From a bacterium BMS3Bbin13 (GTDB lineage: Bacteria; Pseudomonadota; Gammaproteobacteria; 21-64-14): a DNA stretch of 64,000 nt. Numbering within the stretch: position 1 is the stretch's first letter; every line of letters starts with the position of its first letter. The notes beneath the pieces are model-generated. The model searched no databases. It saw only the letters and a list, made by a program, of their open reading frames with translations, and was not told the DNA's origin. Made by a program: the position numbers and the translations under genes. Location: positions 70,813-134,812 of the forward strand of contig BDTW01000021.1 in assembly GCA_002897735.1 (NCBI GenBank), in the 5' to 3' direction. Below, piece by piece: positions 54,458 to 63,719 of this stretch.

Positions 54458-55707
54458 TTTTGTTCTGGGCGATTCTGGTCTTCATGGCGCTCGTTGCCCT
54501 GGCGTTCGTGGTGCCGCCGTTGCTCGGTCGCGGCGCCGGCCTCGTCGGCCCGCAACGCGCCGGCGTACATCGTGTGCTGTTCCGCAAGCGCCTGGCGGAG
54601 CTGGAGACCGATCTGGAGGACGGCGCCCTGAGTCCCGGGCAGTTCGATCAGGCGCGCGCCGATCTGGAACGCGACACCCTGGAGTCACTGGAGAGCGCGG
54701 ACGCGGATGCCGCGCGCCCGGCGCGGCGCCCGCGCACCCGTGTGCGCTGGGCGACGGCGCTGGTGGTGGTCGTGGCGGTCCCCCTGCTGGCCGGGCTGTT
54801 GTATCGACAGTATGGCGGCTGGGAGCTGCTCTCGCCGCAGATGCGCGCCCGCCTCGCGGCGGAGGCGGTCGCGCAGGGGGACAACAACCCGGCGCTGATC
54901 CGCGACATGGTGGCCGAGTTGGCGGCGCACATGCGGCGTCATCCGAACGACCTGCCGGGCTGGATCCGGCTGGGGCGTTCCTATCGGGCGCTCAAGGAGT
55001 TCAAACGGGCGGCGCAGGCCTACGGGCACGCCTACCGACTTTCCAGCGGCAAGAACGCGGCGGTGATGGCCGACTATGCCGAGATGCTTGCGCTCGGTCA
55101 CAACAACCGCTTGGCGGGTCGCCCCGCGCAACTGGTCCACGAGGCGCTCGCCGTCGATCCCCGCCAACCCAAGGCGCTGTGGCTGGCCGGCTGGGCCGCT
55201 TACCAGATAGGTGAGTACAAACGCGCCGCGATGCATTGGAAGCAGCTCGCGGCGCAGGCGCCGCGCGGCAGCAAGGTGGCGCAGGTCATCAAACGCGAGG
55301 TGGCACGGGCCGAGGCCATGGCGCGCGGTGCGGCGCCGGCCGCGGCCGTGCCCGGTACCGGGAAGGGCGTCACGGTACGGGTCAGTCTGGCGCCGCGGTT
55401 CGCCGCTCGTACCCGGCCGGACGAGAGCGTATTCATCTTTGCCCGCACCGCGCGCGGCCCGCCCGTATCCCTGGCCGTGGTACGGCGTCGTGTCAAGGAT
55501 CTGCCGGTGACGATCACCCTCGACGACTCCCGGGCGATGCTGCCGGGGCAGAAGATTTCCAAGCAGCCCGAGGTCATCATCGGCGCGCGCATCTCGCGCA
55601 ACGGCAACCCCCTGGCCGCCAAGGGCGATCTCCAGGGGCTGAGTGCGCCGGTCGCGCCGGGCGGCAAGGGCGTGGTACACCTGACGATCGACCGGGTCGT
55701 GCGCTGA
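54454..55707 (+). CDS. ccmI: c-type cytochrome biogenesis protein CcmI (CycH), TPR-containing
   Basis: Two N-terminal TM helices followed by TPR-like repeats. It is the last gene of the ccm operon, with overlapping start and stop. Confidence 0.8.
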   Translation: MILFWAILVFMALVALAFVVPPLLGRGAGLVGPQRAGVHRVLFRKRLAELETDLEDGALSPGQFDQARADLERDTLESLESADADAARPARRPRTRVRWATALVVVVAVPLLAGLLYRQYGGWELLSPQMRARLAAEAVAQGDNNPALIRDMVAELAAHMRRHPNDLPGWIRLGRSYRALKEFKRAAQAYGHAYRLSSGKNAAVMADYAEMLALGHNNRLAGRPAQLVHEALAVDPRQPKALWLAGWAAYQIGEYKRAAMHWKQLAAQAPRGSKVAQVIKREVARAEAMARGAAPAAAVPGTGKGVTVRVSLAPRFAARTRPDESVFIFARTARGPPVSLAVVRRRVKDLPVTITLDDSRAMLPGQKISKQPEVIIGARISRNGNPLAAKGDLQGLSAPVAPGGKGVVHLTIDRVVR

Positions 55708-55924
55708 GCCTGCGGGAAGCGATCGCCGCGGGGGCGGAGCCCCCGTCCGGCGGACGCGCCGCCGGTACCGTGCGACGTGGTCCGCAGCCCCCTTCTGCGG
55801 GGACCCCGGGGGTTTGCGAAGGCTCCCCGCCGATGGATCCTCGCGCCCCGGTGTCGTGTAGCGCCTTCCTTGACACCCCCCGCACCCGCCGATAGAGTCC
55901 CGGCTGCACGCTTCAGGTGGCCCG

Positions 55925-56085
55925 AGGGCGTCTCGCCCGAGGGATGAAACGGGAAGCCGGTGCGCACCGGGAACCATCCCGGCGGCCATTCCGGCGCTGC
56001 CCCCGCAACGGTAGGCGAGTCAAGGTCCGGCATCATGCCACTGTGCAACCGCACGGGAAGGCGCCGGATCGGACTACGGTCCACT
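55925..56085 (+). ncRNA. Cobalamin (adenosylcobalamin) riboswitch in the btuB leader
   Basis: GGGAAGCCGGTGCGCACCGGGAA…GCTGCCCCCGCAACGGTAGGCG…CATGCCACTGTGCAACCGCACGGGAAGGC contains the conserved GGTG…CCCGCAACGGTA core and the B12 box (GCCACTG). It lies 150-300 bp upstream of a TonB-dependent receptor. Confidence 0.8.
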
Positions 56086-56233
56086 CGCGAGCCCGGAGAC
56101 CGGCCTGTAGCGTCCTGGTCGGTGCTGCGAGGGGCGGCACGGCGGACCCGCTCGCCCGTCCGCGCGTCATCGGTCCCTTCGCACCCGGTTCATCAACCGC
56201 ACACGCGGGTGCGCGTGGCGAAGGGAGCGTTCC

Positions 56234-58099
56234 ATGAGAATAACCCACCGGGCCGGCGCGGCCCTTCTCCTGCTGGGCTGCGCCGTCGGCGCGGCCCGTG
56301 CCGACGAGTTGATCACCTCACCGATCGTCGTCACGGCCACCCGGACCGCGGAGACCGCGGACCAGACCCTGTCCTCGGTCACGGTCATCACGCGCACGGA
56401 CATCCGACGCAGCGGCGCGGTGACGCTGCCGCAACTCCTTCGGCAGGTGAACGGGTTGGACGTCGCCAGCAGCGGCCCGTTGGGGAAACAGACTTCGGTA
56501 TTCCTGCGCGGAACCGACTCCAACGACGTCCTGGTCATGATCGACGGCGTGCGCATCGGCTCGGTAACCAGCGGCGGGGTGTCCTGGGAACTGCTGCCGC
56601 TCTCCGAGATCCAGCGCATCGAGATCGTGCGCGGGCCCCATTCCAGCCTCTACGGTTCCAGTGCGGTCGGCGGCGTGATCCAGATCTTCACGCGCAAGGG
56701 GCGCGGCCCGTTGCGCGCCGGGGCCGATGTCACCTATGGAAGTCACGAGACCTACCAGGCCTTCGGCGGGGTCTCGGGCTCCGTCGGACGCGGCTGGATC
56801 AACCTGCGCGGCGGCGGTCTGGGTACCGAGGGGATCAACGTGAGCCGGCCGGTCCTGGGTTTCAACGAGCCGGACCGGGACGGGTACTACAACGATTCGT
56901 TCACCGCGGGCGCCGGTTACCATTGGGACAACGGCACCGCGGTGCGCGTCAATGCGCTGCGTGCCACCGGTACGACCCGGTACGACGACACTCCGCCCTC
57001 GTCGTTCTACACGTCCCCGAATGCCGACCGGTTTCTCCAGGAGGTGGTCGGCGGACTCGTCCGGCTGCAGCCGACGGAGGCTTGGACCGTGCGCCTGCGC
57101 GCCGGTCGCAGCCTGGACGACCGCACCAGCTTCCGCGAGGGCTCGGCCGTCGCGCCCTCGCGCTTCGACAGCGAGCGCATCACCGCGAGCTGGCAGAACG
57201 AGTTCGCCGTCGGCCGGCATCAGTCGATCACCGCGGGGATCGACTACCTGGACGACCGTGTCGACAGTACCACGCACTATGATCGGACCTCGCGCTACGA
57301 TGTGGGGGCGTTCGCCCAGTATCAGCTTCGCCTCGGGCGCAACGACCTCCTCGGCTCGCTACGTCTCGATCACGACGAGCAGTTCGGCAACCACACCACC
57401 GGCAGCATCGCCTGGGGATACCGGTTGACCCGCGCCCTGCACGCCACCGCCTCCTATGGCACCGCGTTCCGCGCGCCCACCTTCAACGATCTGTACTATC
57501 CCGGCTACAGCAACCCGAACCTGCGTCCGGAGACCTCGGACACCGTCGAGGTGGGGCTGCGCGGCAATCATCCGTGGGGCCGCTGGCACGTGGACGCCTA
57601 TCGCACCGGCGTCCGTGACCTGATTCAGTTCGTGTATCCCGCTACGCAGAACATCGGGCGCACAACGATCCGGGGCGTCGAGGCCGGTGTGGATACGCGC
57701 ATCCGCGGATGGAAGGTGCAACTGGGGCTGGCCTTGACACGCCCGCACGATGACATCAAAGGCACGACCCTGATCCGGCGCACCGAGCGCTCGTTCAAGG
57801 TCGCGCTGGACCGCGGGTTCGGCCGTGCGCACGTGCACGTGGACTGGGCCGTCGAGGGGCGCCGGTTCGACACCTTCTTCAATCCGGTGACGTTCCAATC
57901 CGAGCGCGTGCGCCTGTCCGGATACGGCCTGGTCGACGCGAGCCTCGAATACGCCCTGACCCCGAATTGGAGCCTGCACGCCGCGGTGGACAACCTGTTC
58001 GACCGGGGGTACCAAACCATGTTCGGTTACAATCAGCTCGGTCGCACCGTGTTCGTCGGAGTCCGCTACCGCGGCACCCCGTGGGGCGGGGGCGTGTGA
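56234..58099 (+). CDS. btuB: TonB-dependent outer-membrane vitamin B12 receptor BtuB
   Basis: A signal peptide, the TonB box (DELITSPIVVTATR), a plug and a 22-strand barrel ending in an aromatic C-terminus. It is preceded by a cobalamin riboswitch. Confidence 0.88.
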   Translation: MRITHRAGAALLLLGCAVGAARADELITSPIVVTATRTAETADQTLSSVTVITRTDIRRSGAVTLPQLLRQVNGLDVASSGPLGKQTSVFLRGTDSNDVLVMIDGVRIGSVTSGGVSWELLPLSEIQRIEIVRGPHSSLYGSSAVGGVIQIFTRKGRGPLRAGADVTYGSHETYQAFGGVSGSVGRGWINLRGGGLGTEGINVSRPVLGFNEPDRDGYYNDSFTAGAGYHWDNGTAVRVNALRATGTTRYDDTPPSSFYTSPNADRFLQEVVGGLVRLQPTEAWTVRLRAGRSLDDRTSFREGSAVAPSRFDSERITASWQNEFAVGRHQSITAGIDYLDDRVDSTTHYDRTSRYDVGAFAQYQLRLGRNDLLGSLRLDHDEQFGNHTTGSIAWGYRLTRALHATASYGTAFRAPTFNDLYYPGYSNPNLRPETSDTVEVGLRGNHPWGRWHVDAYRTGVRDLIQFVYPATQNIGRTTIRGVEAGVDTRIRGWKVQLGLALTRPHDDIKGTTLIRRTERSFKVALDRGFGRAHVHVDWAVEGRRFDTFFNPVTFQSERVRLSGYGLVDASLEYALTPNWSLHAAVDNLFDRGYQTMFGYNQLGRTVFVGVRYRGTPWGGGV

Positions 58100-58773
58100 A
58101 CGTCGGCCTGGCACGGTTCATCGTCGCTTCCGGTGCGCTGCACCTGGCGTTGTTCGCGGCGTGGCCGGTGCCGACGCATACCTTGGTCCCGGGCGCGGCG
58201 CCCCGGGGTCCGAGCCTGGAGTTGCGCCTCGGCGCCGTATCGATGCCGGCGCCGGGCGACGCCACGGGGCGACCCGCACCCCCCGTCCGCGCGTCGGTCG
58301 GACCCCGCCGGCCCCGGGCCCGGAGTCTCGCGCCGCGTGAGGTGCGGACCGTCCGGGCGCCGCGTCGCATCATCGCCCGGCACCCGCAGGTGGCGCGCGT
58401 TGCGGGGTCCGCCCGCCCGGCGCCGGCGCGCCCGTCTCGGCCCGCCGCCGCGTCACGCGCCGGGGGCGGCGGCATGTCGGCCGCTCAATTCCTGCGCACT
58501 TCGCTGCTGCGCCTGCTCGGAGAGCACTTCACCTACCCCTGGATCGCCCGCCGGCGCGGCTGGGAAGGCGAGGTCCGCCTGGCCCTGCGGGTGGGCGCCG
58601 CGGGACGGGTCTCCGACCTGCGGGTGGTGAAGACCTCCGGCTATGCGATATTGGACCGCGCCGCCCTGCGCAGCGCGCGGCGCATCCGCGCGGTCCCGGA
58701 GGCGGCCCGCTGGCTGCGCGGCCGACACCTTGATATCGTCGTGCCGGTGGAGTATCGATTGGTCAACGGTTGA
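58096..58773 (+). CDS. TonB-family energy transducer (C-terminal TonB domain protein)
   Basis: An N-terminal TM anchor, a Pro/Arg-rich linker and a C-terminal TonB domain (…YPWIARRRGWEGEVRLALRVGAAGRVSDLRVVKTSGYAILDRAALRSARR…). A GTG start overlaps the btuB stop. Confidence 0.7.
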   Translation: MNVGLARFIVASGALHLALFAAWPVPTHTLVPGAAPRGPSLELRLGAVSMPAPGDATGRPAPPVRASVGPRRPRARSLAPREVRTVRAPRRIIARHPQVARVAGSARPAPARPSRPAAASRAGGGGMSAAQFLRTSLLRLLGEHFTYPWIARRRGWEGEVRLALRVGAAGRVSDLRVVKTSGYAILDRAALRSARRIRAVPEAARWLRGRHLDIVVPVEYRLVNG

Positions 58774-58791
58774 GACCCTGGCTGAGCGGCG

Positions 58792-59370
58792 ATGGGGCAC
58801 CGACTCTCGAAGATCTACACCCGCACCGGCGACCGCGGCGATACCGGCCTTGGCGACGGGACGCGCGTCGGCAAGGACGACCCGCGCGTGGAGGCCGGGG
58901 GCACCGTCGACGAAATCAACAGTGTCCTCGGAATGGTGCTTGCGGAGGATCCGCCCGAGGCCGTGCGTGCCTGCCTGCTCGACGTGCAACACGACCTGTT
59001 CGACCTCGGCGGCGAATTGTGCCTGCCGGGCCACACGGCGATCACGCCCGAACACGTCGCGCGGCTCGAGCGCACCCTGGACCGCTTCAACGCCGATCTG
59101 CCGCCGCTCGAGGAGTTCATCCTGCCGGGCGGGGGGCGCGCCGCATCGGCCTGCCACCTTGCACGCACCGTGTGCCGGCGCGCCGAACGGCGCCTGGTCA
59201 CGCTGCGGCGCAGCCAAACGGTCGGCGCGGAGGCGATGCGGTACCTCAACCGCCTCTCCGACCTGCTGTTCGTGCTCGCGCGCGTACTGGCCCGGTCGGC
59301 GGGCGCCGGTGAGACGCCGTGGCGCCGGCGGGAACCCCCACCTTCGGGTCGGCGCGGGCGGGACGGGTAA
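58792..59370 (+). CDS. ATP:cob(I)alamin adenosyltransferase, PduO/MMAB type
   Basis: IYTRTGDRGDTGL…RVEAGGTVDEINSVLG…DLFDLG… is a canonical PduO-type adenosyltransferase N-terminus; 192 aa. Confidence 0.85.
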   Translation: MGHRLSKIYTRTGDRGDTGLGDGTRVGKDDPRVEAGGTVDEINSVLGMVLAEDPPEAVRACLLDVQHDLFDLGGELCLPGHTAITPEHVARLERTLDRFNADLPPLEEFILPGGGRAASACHLARTVCRRAERRLVTLRRSQTVGAEAMRYLNRLSDLLFVLARVLARSAGAGETPWRRREPPPSGRRGRDG

Positions 59371-59577
59371 GCCGGTCTCCGGCGAGCCCCGTTGCGTCCG
59401 GCGGGATCGAACCCGGTGACCGCCCGTGCATCCCCATGATTACGCGCGGCCACTCCGGGAACGCCGGCGATCTTGCCGGAAGAACAAAAAAAGGCGGAAC
59501 CGATCGGTGTCGGTTCCGCCTGGTCGATGGACGCCGCGCCTGCAAAACGGCCGCGGTCCACCACGGACGCGCCGGGG

Positions 59578-60630
59578 CTAACGCCAGATGGGACGTCCGC
59601 CGACACCCTTCACCTGCTCACGCCAAGTCGTCTCGACCAGCTTCACCACACTCGACGGCATGGGAATATAGTCCAGCTTCTCGGCGATCCGCGTGCCGTG
59701 ATGGAAGCTCCAGGCGAAGAACCGCAGGACCTTGCGGGTCTGCGCCGGGTTCGAGGGGTGCTTGGGTACCAGCACGAAGGTCGCGCCGGTGATCGGCCAG
59801 CTTTCACTACCCGGCTGATTCGTGAGAATCAAATAGTAGCCCGGGGCGTCCTTCCAGTCGGCGTTTGCGGCGGCGGCGGCGAATGCCCGCGCGGTGGGTC
59901 GTACCACGCGCCCGGCACGGTTCACCATACGTGCGTAGTTCATCTGGTTTTGGAGCACGTAGGCATATTCGTTGTAGCCGATGGCGCCCCGCAGCCGCTG
60001 GACGTAGGCGGCCACACCTTCATTACCCTTGCCGCCGACACCGGCGGGCCAGGGAACCGCCTTTCCGAAGCCCATCTTGTCCTTCCAGGCACGACTGACC
60101 TTGCTGAGATAGTTGGTAAAGATGAAGGTGGTGCCGGAGCCGTCGGAACGATGTACGACGATGATGGGGAGATCGGGCAGGCGCAGGCGCGGGTTGAGCC
60201 GCTTGATGCGCGGGTCATTCCACTTTTTGACATCGCCCAGGTAGATCTCCGCGAGCAGCTTCCCGTCGAGGACGAGCCGGCCGCGCTTCACTCCCGGAAG
60301 ATTGATGGTCGGGATCACGCCGCCCATTGCGGTGGGAAACTGGACGAGCCCCTTCGCGTCCAGCTGACCGATCTTCATGGGTGCATCGGATGCACCGAAA
60401 TCCACGGTGCGCGCCTCGATTTGGCGGATGCCGCCGCCCGAACCGATGGACTGATAGTTGAGCTTGACCCCGTGATCCCTCGCGTAGGTCTGTGCCCATG
60501 CGGAATAGAGCGGATAGGCGAAGGTCGATCCCGCGCCGACGATCTGGGTGGTGGCGTGGGCCGGCCCGGCAGCCCCGAAACCGAGCAGGGTGCCCCCGAG
60601 CAACAGCGCTGTTCCGAATCGCTTCAGCAT
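59578..60630 (-). CDS. pstS: Phosphate ABC transporter substrate-binding protein PstS (standalone)
   Basis: A signal peptide plus PstS motifs (GAGSTFAYPLYSAWA…SIGSGGG…DFGASDAP…SDGSGTTFIFTNYL). No pstCAB genes are adjacent. Confidence 0.88.
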   Translation of the reverse strand: MLKRFGTALLLGGTLLGFGAAGPAHATTQIVGAGSTFAYPLYSAWAQTYARDHGVKLNYQSIGSGGGIRQIEARTVDFGASDAPMKIGQLDAKGLVQFPTAMGGVIPTINLPGVKRGRLVLDGKLLAEIYLGDVKKWNDPRIKRLNPRLRLPDLPIIVVHRSDGSGTTFIFTNYLSKVSRAWKDKMGFGKAVPWPAGVGGKGNEGVAAYVQRLRGAIGYNEYAYVLQNQMNYARMVNRAGRVVRPTARAFAAAAANADWKDAPGYYLILTNQPGSESWPITGATFVLVPKHPSNPAQTRKVLRFFAWSFHHGTRIAEKLDYIPMPSSVVKLVETTWREQVKGVGGRPIWR

Positions 60631-60886
60631 AATCGAATTACCTCGCGTGTTTGCCAAGCGTGCTGGTCAGTTGTCGCGGCTGCCTTGGCGGAACGCGCTG
60701 TCGTGCGCCCGGCGTACAACCGTCGGCGCAGAGTCTATGGCTGTAATATGACAACGCCATGACCGTATGCGGGTGCGTCGTCCGCGCCACCACCTTCATC
60801 GCTTCCATGAGCCGGGCTTGCGGTGACGGCCCGCGGCCGGGTGGAGGCCGTTTCGGCGTACAATCGAATCCGGCTGTGGTGACCTT

Positions 60887-61687
60887 GTGTGCGTGCGGAG
60901 GCGGGAGGGCGGAGTGAAACAGGCGGCGGTCGTGATCGGCATGGGCGAGATGGGCGGCGTGTTCGCGCGCGGTTTTTTGCGCGACGGCCGGGCCGTGGTC
61001 CCGGTGTTGCGCAATAGCGATCTCACGCAACTCGCCGCCGAGTTTGCGGAGCCGGCGGTGGTGCTCGTGGCGGTGGGTGAGGCGCAGTTGCACGACGTGC
61101 TGGCGGAGATACCGGCGCCGTGGCGCGGCCGGCCGGCGTTGCTTCAGAACGAGCTGCTTGCGCGGGACTGGGAGCGCCACGGACTCGATACGCCGACGCT
61201 CGCCGTGGTGTGGTTCGAGAAGAAGCCGGGGCGGGATGCGAAGGTGATCCTGCCGACCCCGTTGTACGGGCCGGCGGCCGGCGTGCTCGCCGCCGCGCTG
61301 GAAGCGCTCGGGATCCCGTGCCGCCTCCTGGAGGATGCGTCGCAGCTTGATTTCGAACTGGTTCGCAAGAACCTATATATCCTCGTCTCCAACATCGCGG
61401 GCCTGGAGGTGGGCGGCGACGTAGGCGGTCTTTGGGCCGCGCACCGGGATCTCGCCCTGACGGTCGCCGACGAGGTCCTGGCGATCCAGGAGTGGCTGAC
61501 GGGAACGCCGCTCGCCCGCGATGCGCTGATCGACGGCATGGTGGAGGCGTTCCGGGCCGATCCGGCGCATCGTTGCACCGGGCGCAGTGCACCCGGGCGC
61601 CTGGCACGCGCCCTGGCGCACGCGGATCAGGCCGGTCTCGACGTCCCGCGGCTGCGTGCGATCGGCGCGCGCAGCGCCGGTACCTGA
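60887..61687 (+). CDS. Hypothetical NAD(P)-binding Rossmann-fold protein
   Basis: An N-terminal GxGxxG (VVIGMGEMGGVF) is followed by an uncharacterised alpha-helical C-terminal domain. The start is uncertain. Confidence 0.45.
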   Translation: MCVRRREGGVKQAAVVIGMGEMGGVFARGFLRDGRAVVPVLRNSDLTQLAAEFAEPAVVLVAVGEAQLHDVLAEIPAPWRGRPALLQNELLARDWERHGLDTPTLAVVWFEKKPGRDAKVILPTPLYGPAAGVLAAALEALGIPCRLLEDASQLDFELVRKNLYILVSNIAGLEVGGDVGGLWAAHRDLALTVADEVLAIQEWLTGTPLARDALIDGMVEAFRADPAHRCTGRSAPGRLARALAHADQAGLDVPRLRAIGARSAGT

Positions 61688-61936
61688 TCCGCGTCGCTTC
61701 CGCGCAAAACCGCGTTCTCCGGTACCGGCGGCGCCGGACGGCCCGAATTGATTCCAGGATGAAAAAATTTGATGGCGCGCGGTGGAAATAATCCCGCTCG
61801 ACACGGCACCGGTCCGTGAACTTTCCACATAGGCCCCGGTCATATCTCGTGGATGCCTGAGGATTGGCGCCCACCCGCTTTTCCTCCCTGAGCGGGTATA
61901 TGCATCCGGTTCTCCCCAGACCGGGTGAAAGCGTTA

Positions 61937-61977
61937 CCCCGGTTTTCTCCCCCCCCTTGAAAACCGGGGTTTTTTTG
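61937..61977 (+). terminator. Strong Rho-independent terminator on the plus strand with no annotated upstream plus-strand gene
   Basis: The hairpin ccccggttttc…gaaaaccgggg is followed by TTTTTTT. The nearest plus-strand CDS ends 250 bp upstream, at 61687. Confidence 0.65.
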
Positions 61978-61996
61978 TTCGGGACTCGCGGCCCGG

Positions 61997-62617
61997 TCAG
62001 TCCGCCGCCGACCGGTCCCGGTCGTCTTTCAGCCAGCGGTCCAGATCGTCCACCAAGTCGTCGATCCCCATCCGCTGCGGGGCCGAGAACAACTGTGCGC
62101 TGAAATCCGGGTTCCGTCCGCTCTGTTCCCGAAGCACTTTCAACAGCACGGCCTTTCCCGCGCCGCGCCCCAGTTTGTCCGCTTTGGTCAGCAGCACGTG
62201 GACCGGGAGCGCGACGCCCGCGCACCATTGCAGCAGCGTGTCATCGGCGGTCCCCAAGGGGTGCCGGATATCCGTGACCAGGATCAGCCCGCGCAGGGAG
62301 CGCCGCCGGCCCAGATAGTCCTCCAGCCCGCGTTCCCACCGGGCCTTGATCGCACGCGGGACTTTCGCGTAACCGTAGCCCGGCAGATCGACGAGCCGTA
62401 GCCCGGGCGCCACCTCGAAGAAATTCAGCAGTTGCGTGCGCCCCGGCGTGCGACTCACGCGGGCCAGGCCCCGGTGCCCCACCAAGGCGTTCAGGGCGCT
62501 GGACTTGCCGGCATTGGAGCGTCCCGCGAAGGCGACTTCGCGGCCCCGGTCGGGTGGCGCGCGCGCAAGGTCCGGGGCGCTGGCCAAAAAGCGCGTGGCG
62601 TGGTAGCGGTTGCTCAT
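61997..62617 (-). CDS. engB: Ribosome biogenesis GTP-binding protein YihA/YsxC (EngB)
   Basis: G1 ([12 protein letters not shown]), G3 (DLPGYG) and G4 (TKADK) motifs; 206 aa. Confidence 0.9.
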   Translation of the reverse strand: MSNRYHATRFLASAPDLARAPPDRGREVAFAGRSNAGKSSALNALVGHRGLARVSRTPGRTQLLNFFEVAPGLRLVDLPGYGYAKVPRAIKARWERGLEDYLGRRRSLRGLILVTDIRHPLGTADDTLLQWCAGVALPVHVLLTKADKLGRGAGKAVLLKVLREQSGRNPDFSAQLFSAPQRMGIDDLVDDLDRWLKDDRDRSAAD

Positions 62618-62890
62618 TACTCGGTCCTCTCATGTCGCGCCGGGCGACGGGCGCACCTTTCAATGATCCGGTTTGCCGCGGCCCCGGGCAAGCGCCGCGC
62701 CGCAGTCGGCCCACGGCCGGTCGAGACGTTGCGCGACATCGCCGCTCGATGCAACCGCCCTTTCCGCACAGAGGACGGCGTTCGGCGAAGTGCATCCACC
62801 GACTCGGTGTGGGTCGTCCCGGTGAGCGTTTCGCAAGCCCGGCTTGCTTGCTTTTGTTCCGGGAAGTGTTAGGCTGTTGAGCATCATGAG

Positions 62891-63649
62891 ATGGAATTCT
62901 GTAGGGACAACTCCATGAAATCACAAACAAACCGGCGCCGCTGGCAGCGGTGTCTGGTACCCTTCCTGTGGGTGTTGCTGGTGAGCGTCGCGTGGGCCGC
63001 GCCGTCCCCACCCGGAGGTGCGAAGTTCGAAGCGGGCTTCGACTATCGCTTGATCGATCCGCCGGTCCGGATCCCGGGCGCGGAGCCGGGCAAGGTGACG
63101 GTGGTCGAGTTCTTCTGGTACGGCTGCCCCCACTGCTACCGCCTCGAGCCGTACCTGGACAAGTGGCTCAAGCATAAGCCGCCCGGCGTGCAGTTTATCC
63201 GTATCCCCGCCCCCCTCAATGCGGCCTGGACCGTGCACGCCCGCGCCTACTATGCCGCCAAGGAACTCGGCGTCCTGTCACGGCTGTTTCAACCGTTGTT
63301 CAACGCCATTCAGCGCGAGGGCTCCGCGCTGGGGACCGAGGACGCCCTGGCCGATTTCTTCGCCCGACACGGGGTCAAGCCCGCGGCGTTCCGGACCGCC
63401 TACGGGTCGTTCACGGTGGACGCCGAGGTGCGCCGCGCACGGGCGCTGGCACAGCGTATCGGGATCACCGGTGTCCCGACCGTAGTCGTGGCGGGAAAGT
63501 ATCGGACCGGCATGGAGCTTGCCGGCAGCGATCGGCGGCTCATCGCCATCGTGAACTACCTCGTCCGCAAGGAGAGCCGTCGGGGCCTGCATGCGGGTGC
63601 GTTCAAGTCCGCGGCCGCCTCCGCCGCCAACCAATCGACCGCGCGGTAG
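62891..63649 (+). CDS. dsbA: Thiol:disulfide interchange protein DsbA
   Basis: A signal peptide and the thioredoxin-fold active site (FFWYGCPHCYRLEP). The start may be at 62891 or 62915. Confidence 0.85.
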   Translation: MEFCRDNSMKSQTNRRRWQRCLVPFLWVLLVSVAWAAPSPPGGAKFEAGFDYRLIDPPVRIPGAEPGKVTVVEFFWYGCPHCYRLEPYLDKWLKHKPPGVQFIRIPAPLNAAWTVHARAYYAAKELGVLSRLFQPLFNAIQREGSALGTEDALADFFARHGVKPAAFRTAYGSFTVDAEVRRARALAQRIGITGVPTVVVAGKYRTGMELAGSDRRLIAIVNYLVRKESRRGLHAGAFKSAAASAANQSTAR

Positions 63650-63719
63650 AGCGGTTCCCGGGGCGGTCGGTGGTGCGTCGGGCGGTCGGCGCGCGCATAG
63701 TCAGGGACCGAGCGGCCCC

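Noticed and set aside
61700-61977. Direct identification of Spot 42 (spf) upstream of engB.
   Set aside because: The position matches the E. coli polA-spf-yihA arrangement, but the sequence lacks the conserved Spot 42 single-stranded regions. It was reported only as a candidate unknown sRNA or orphan terminator.
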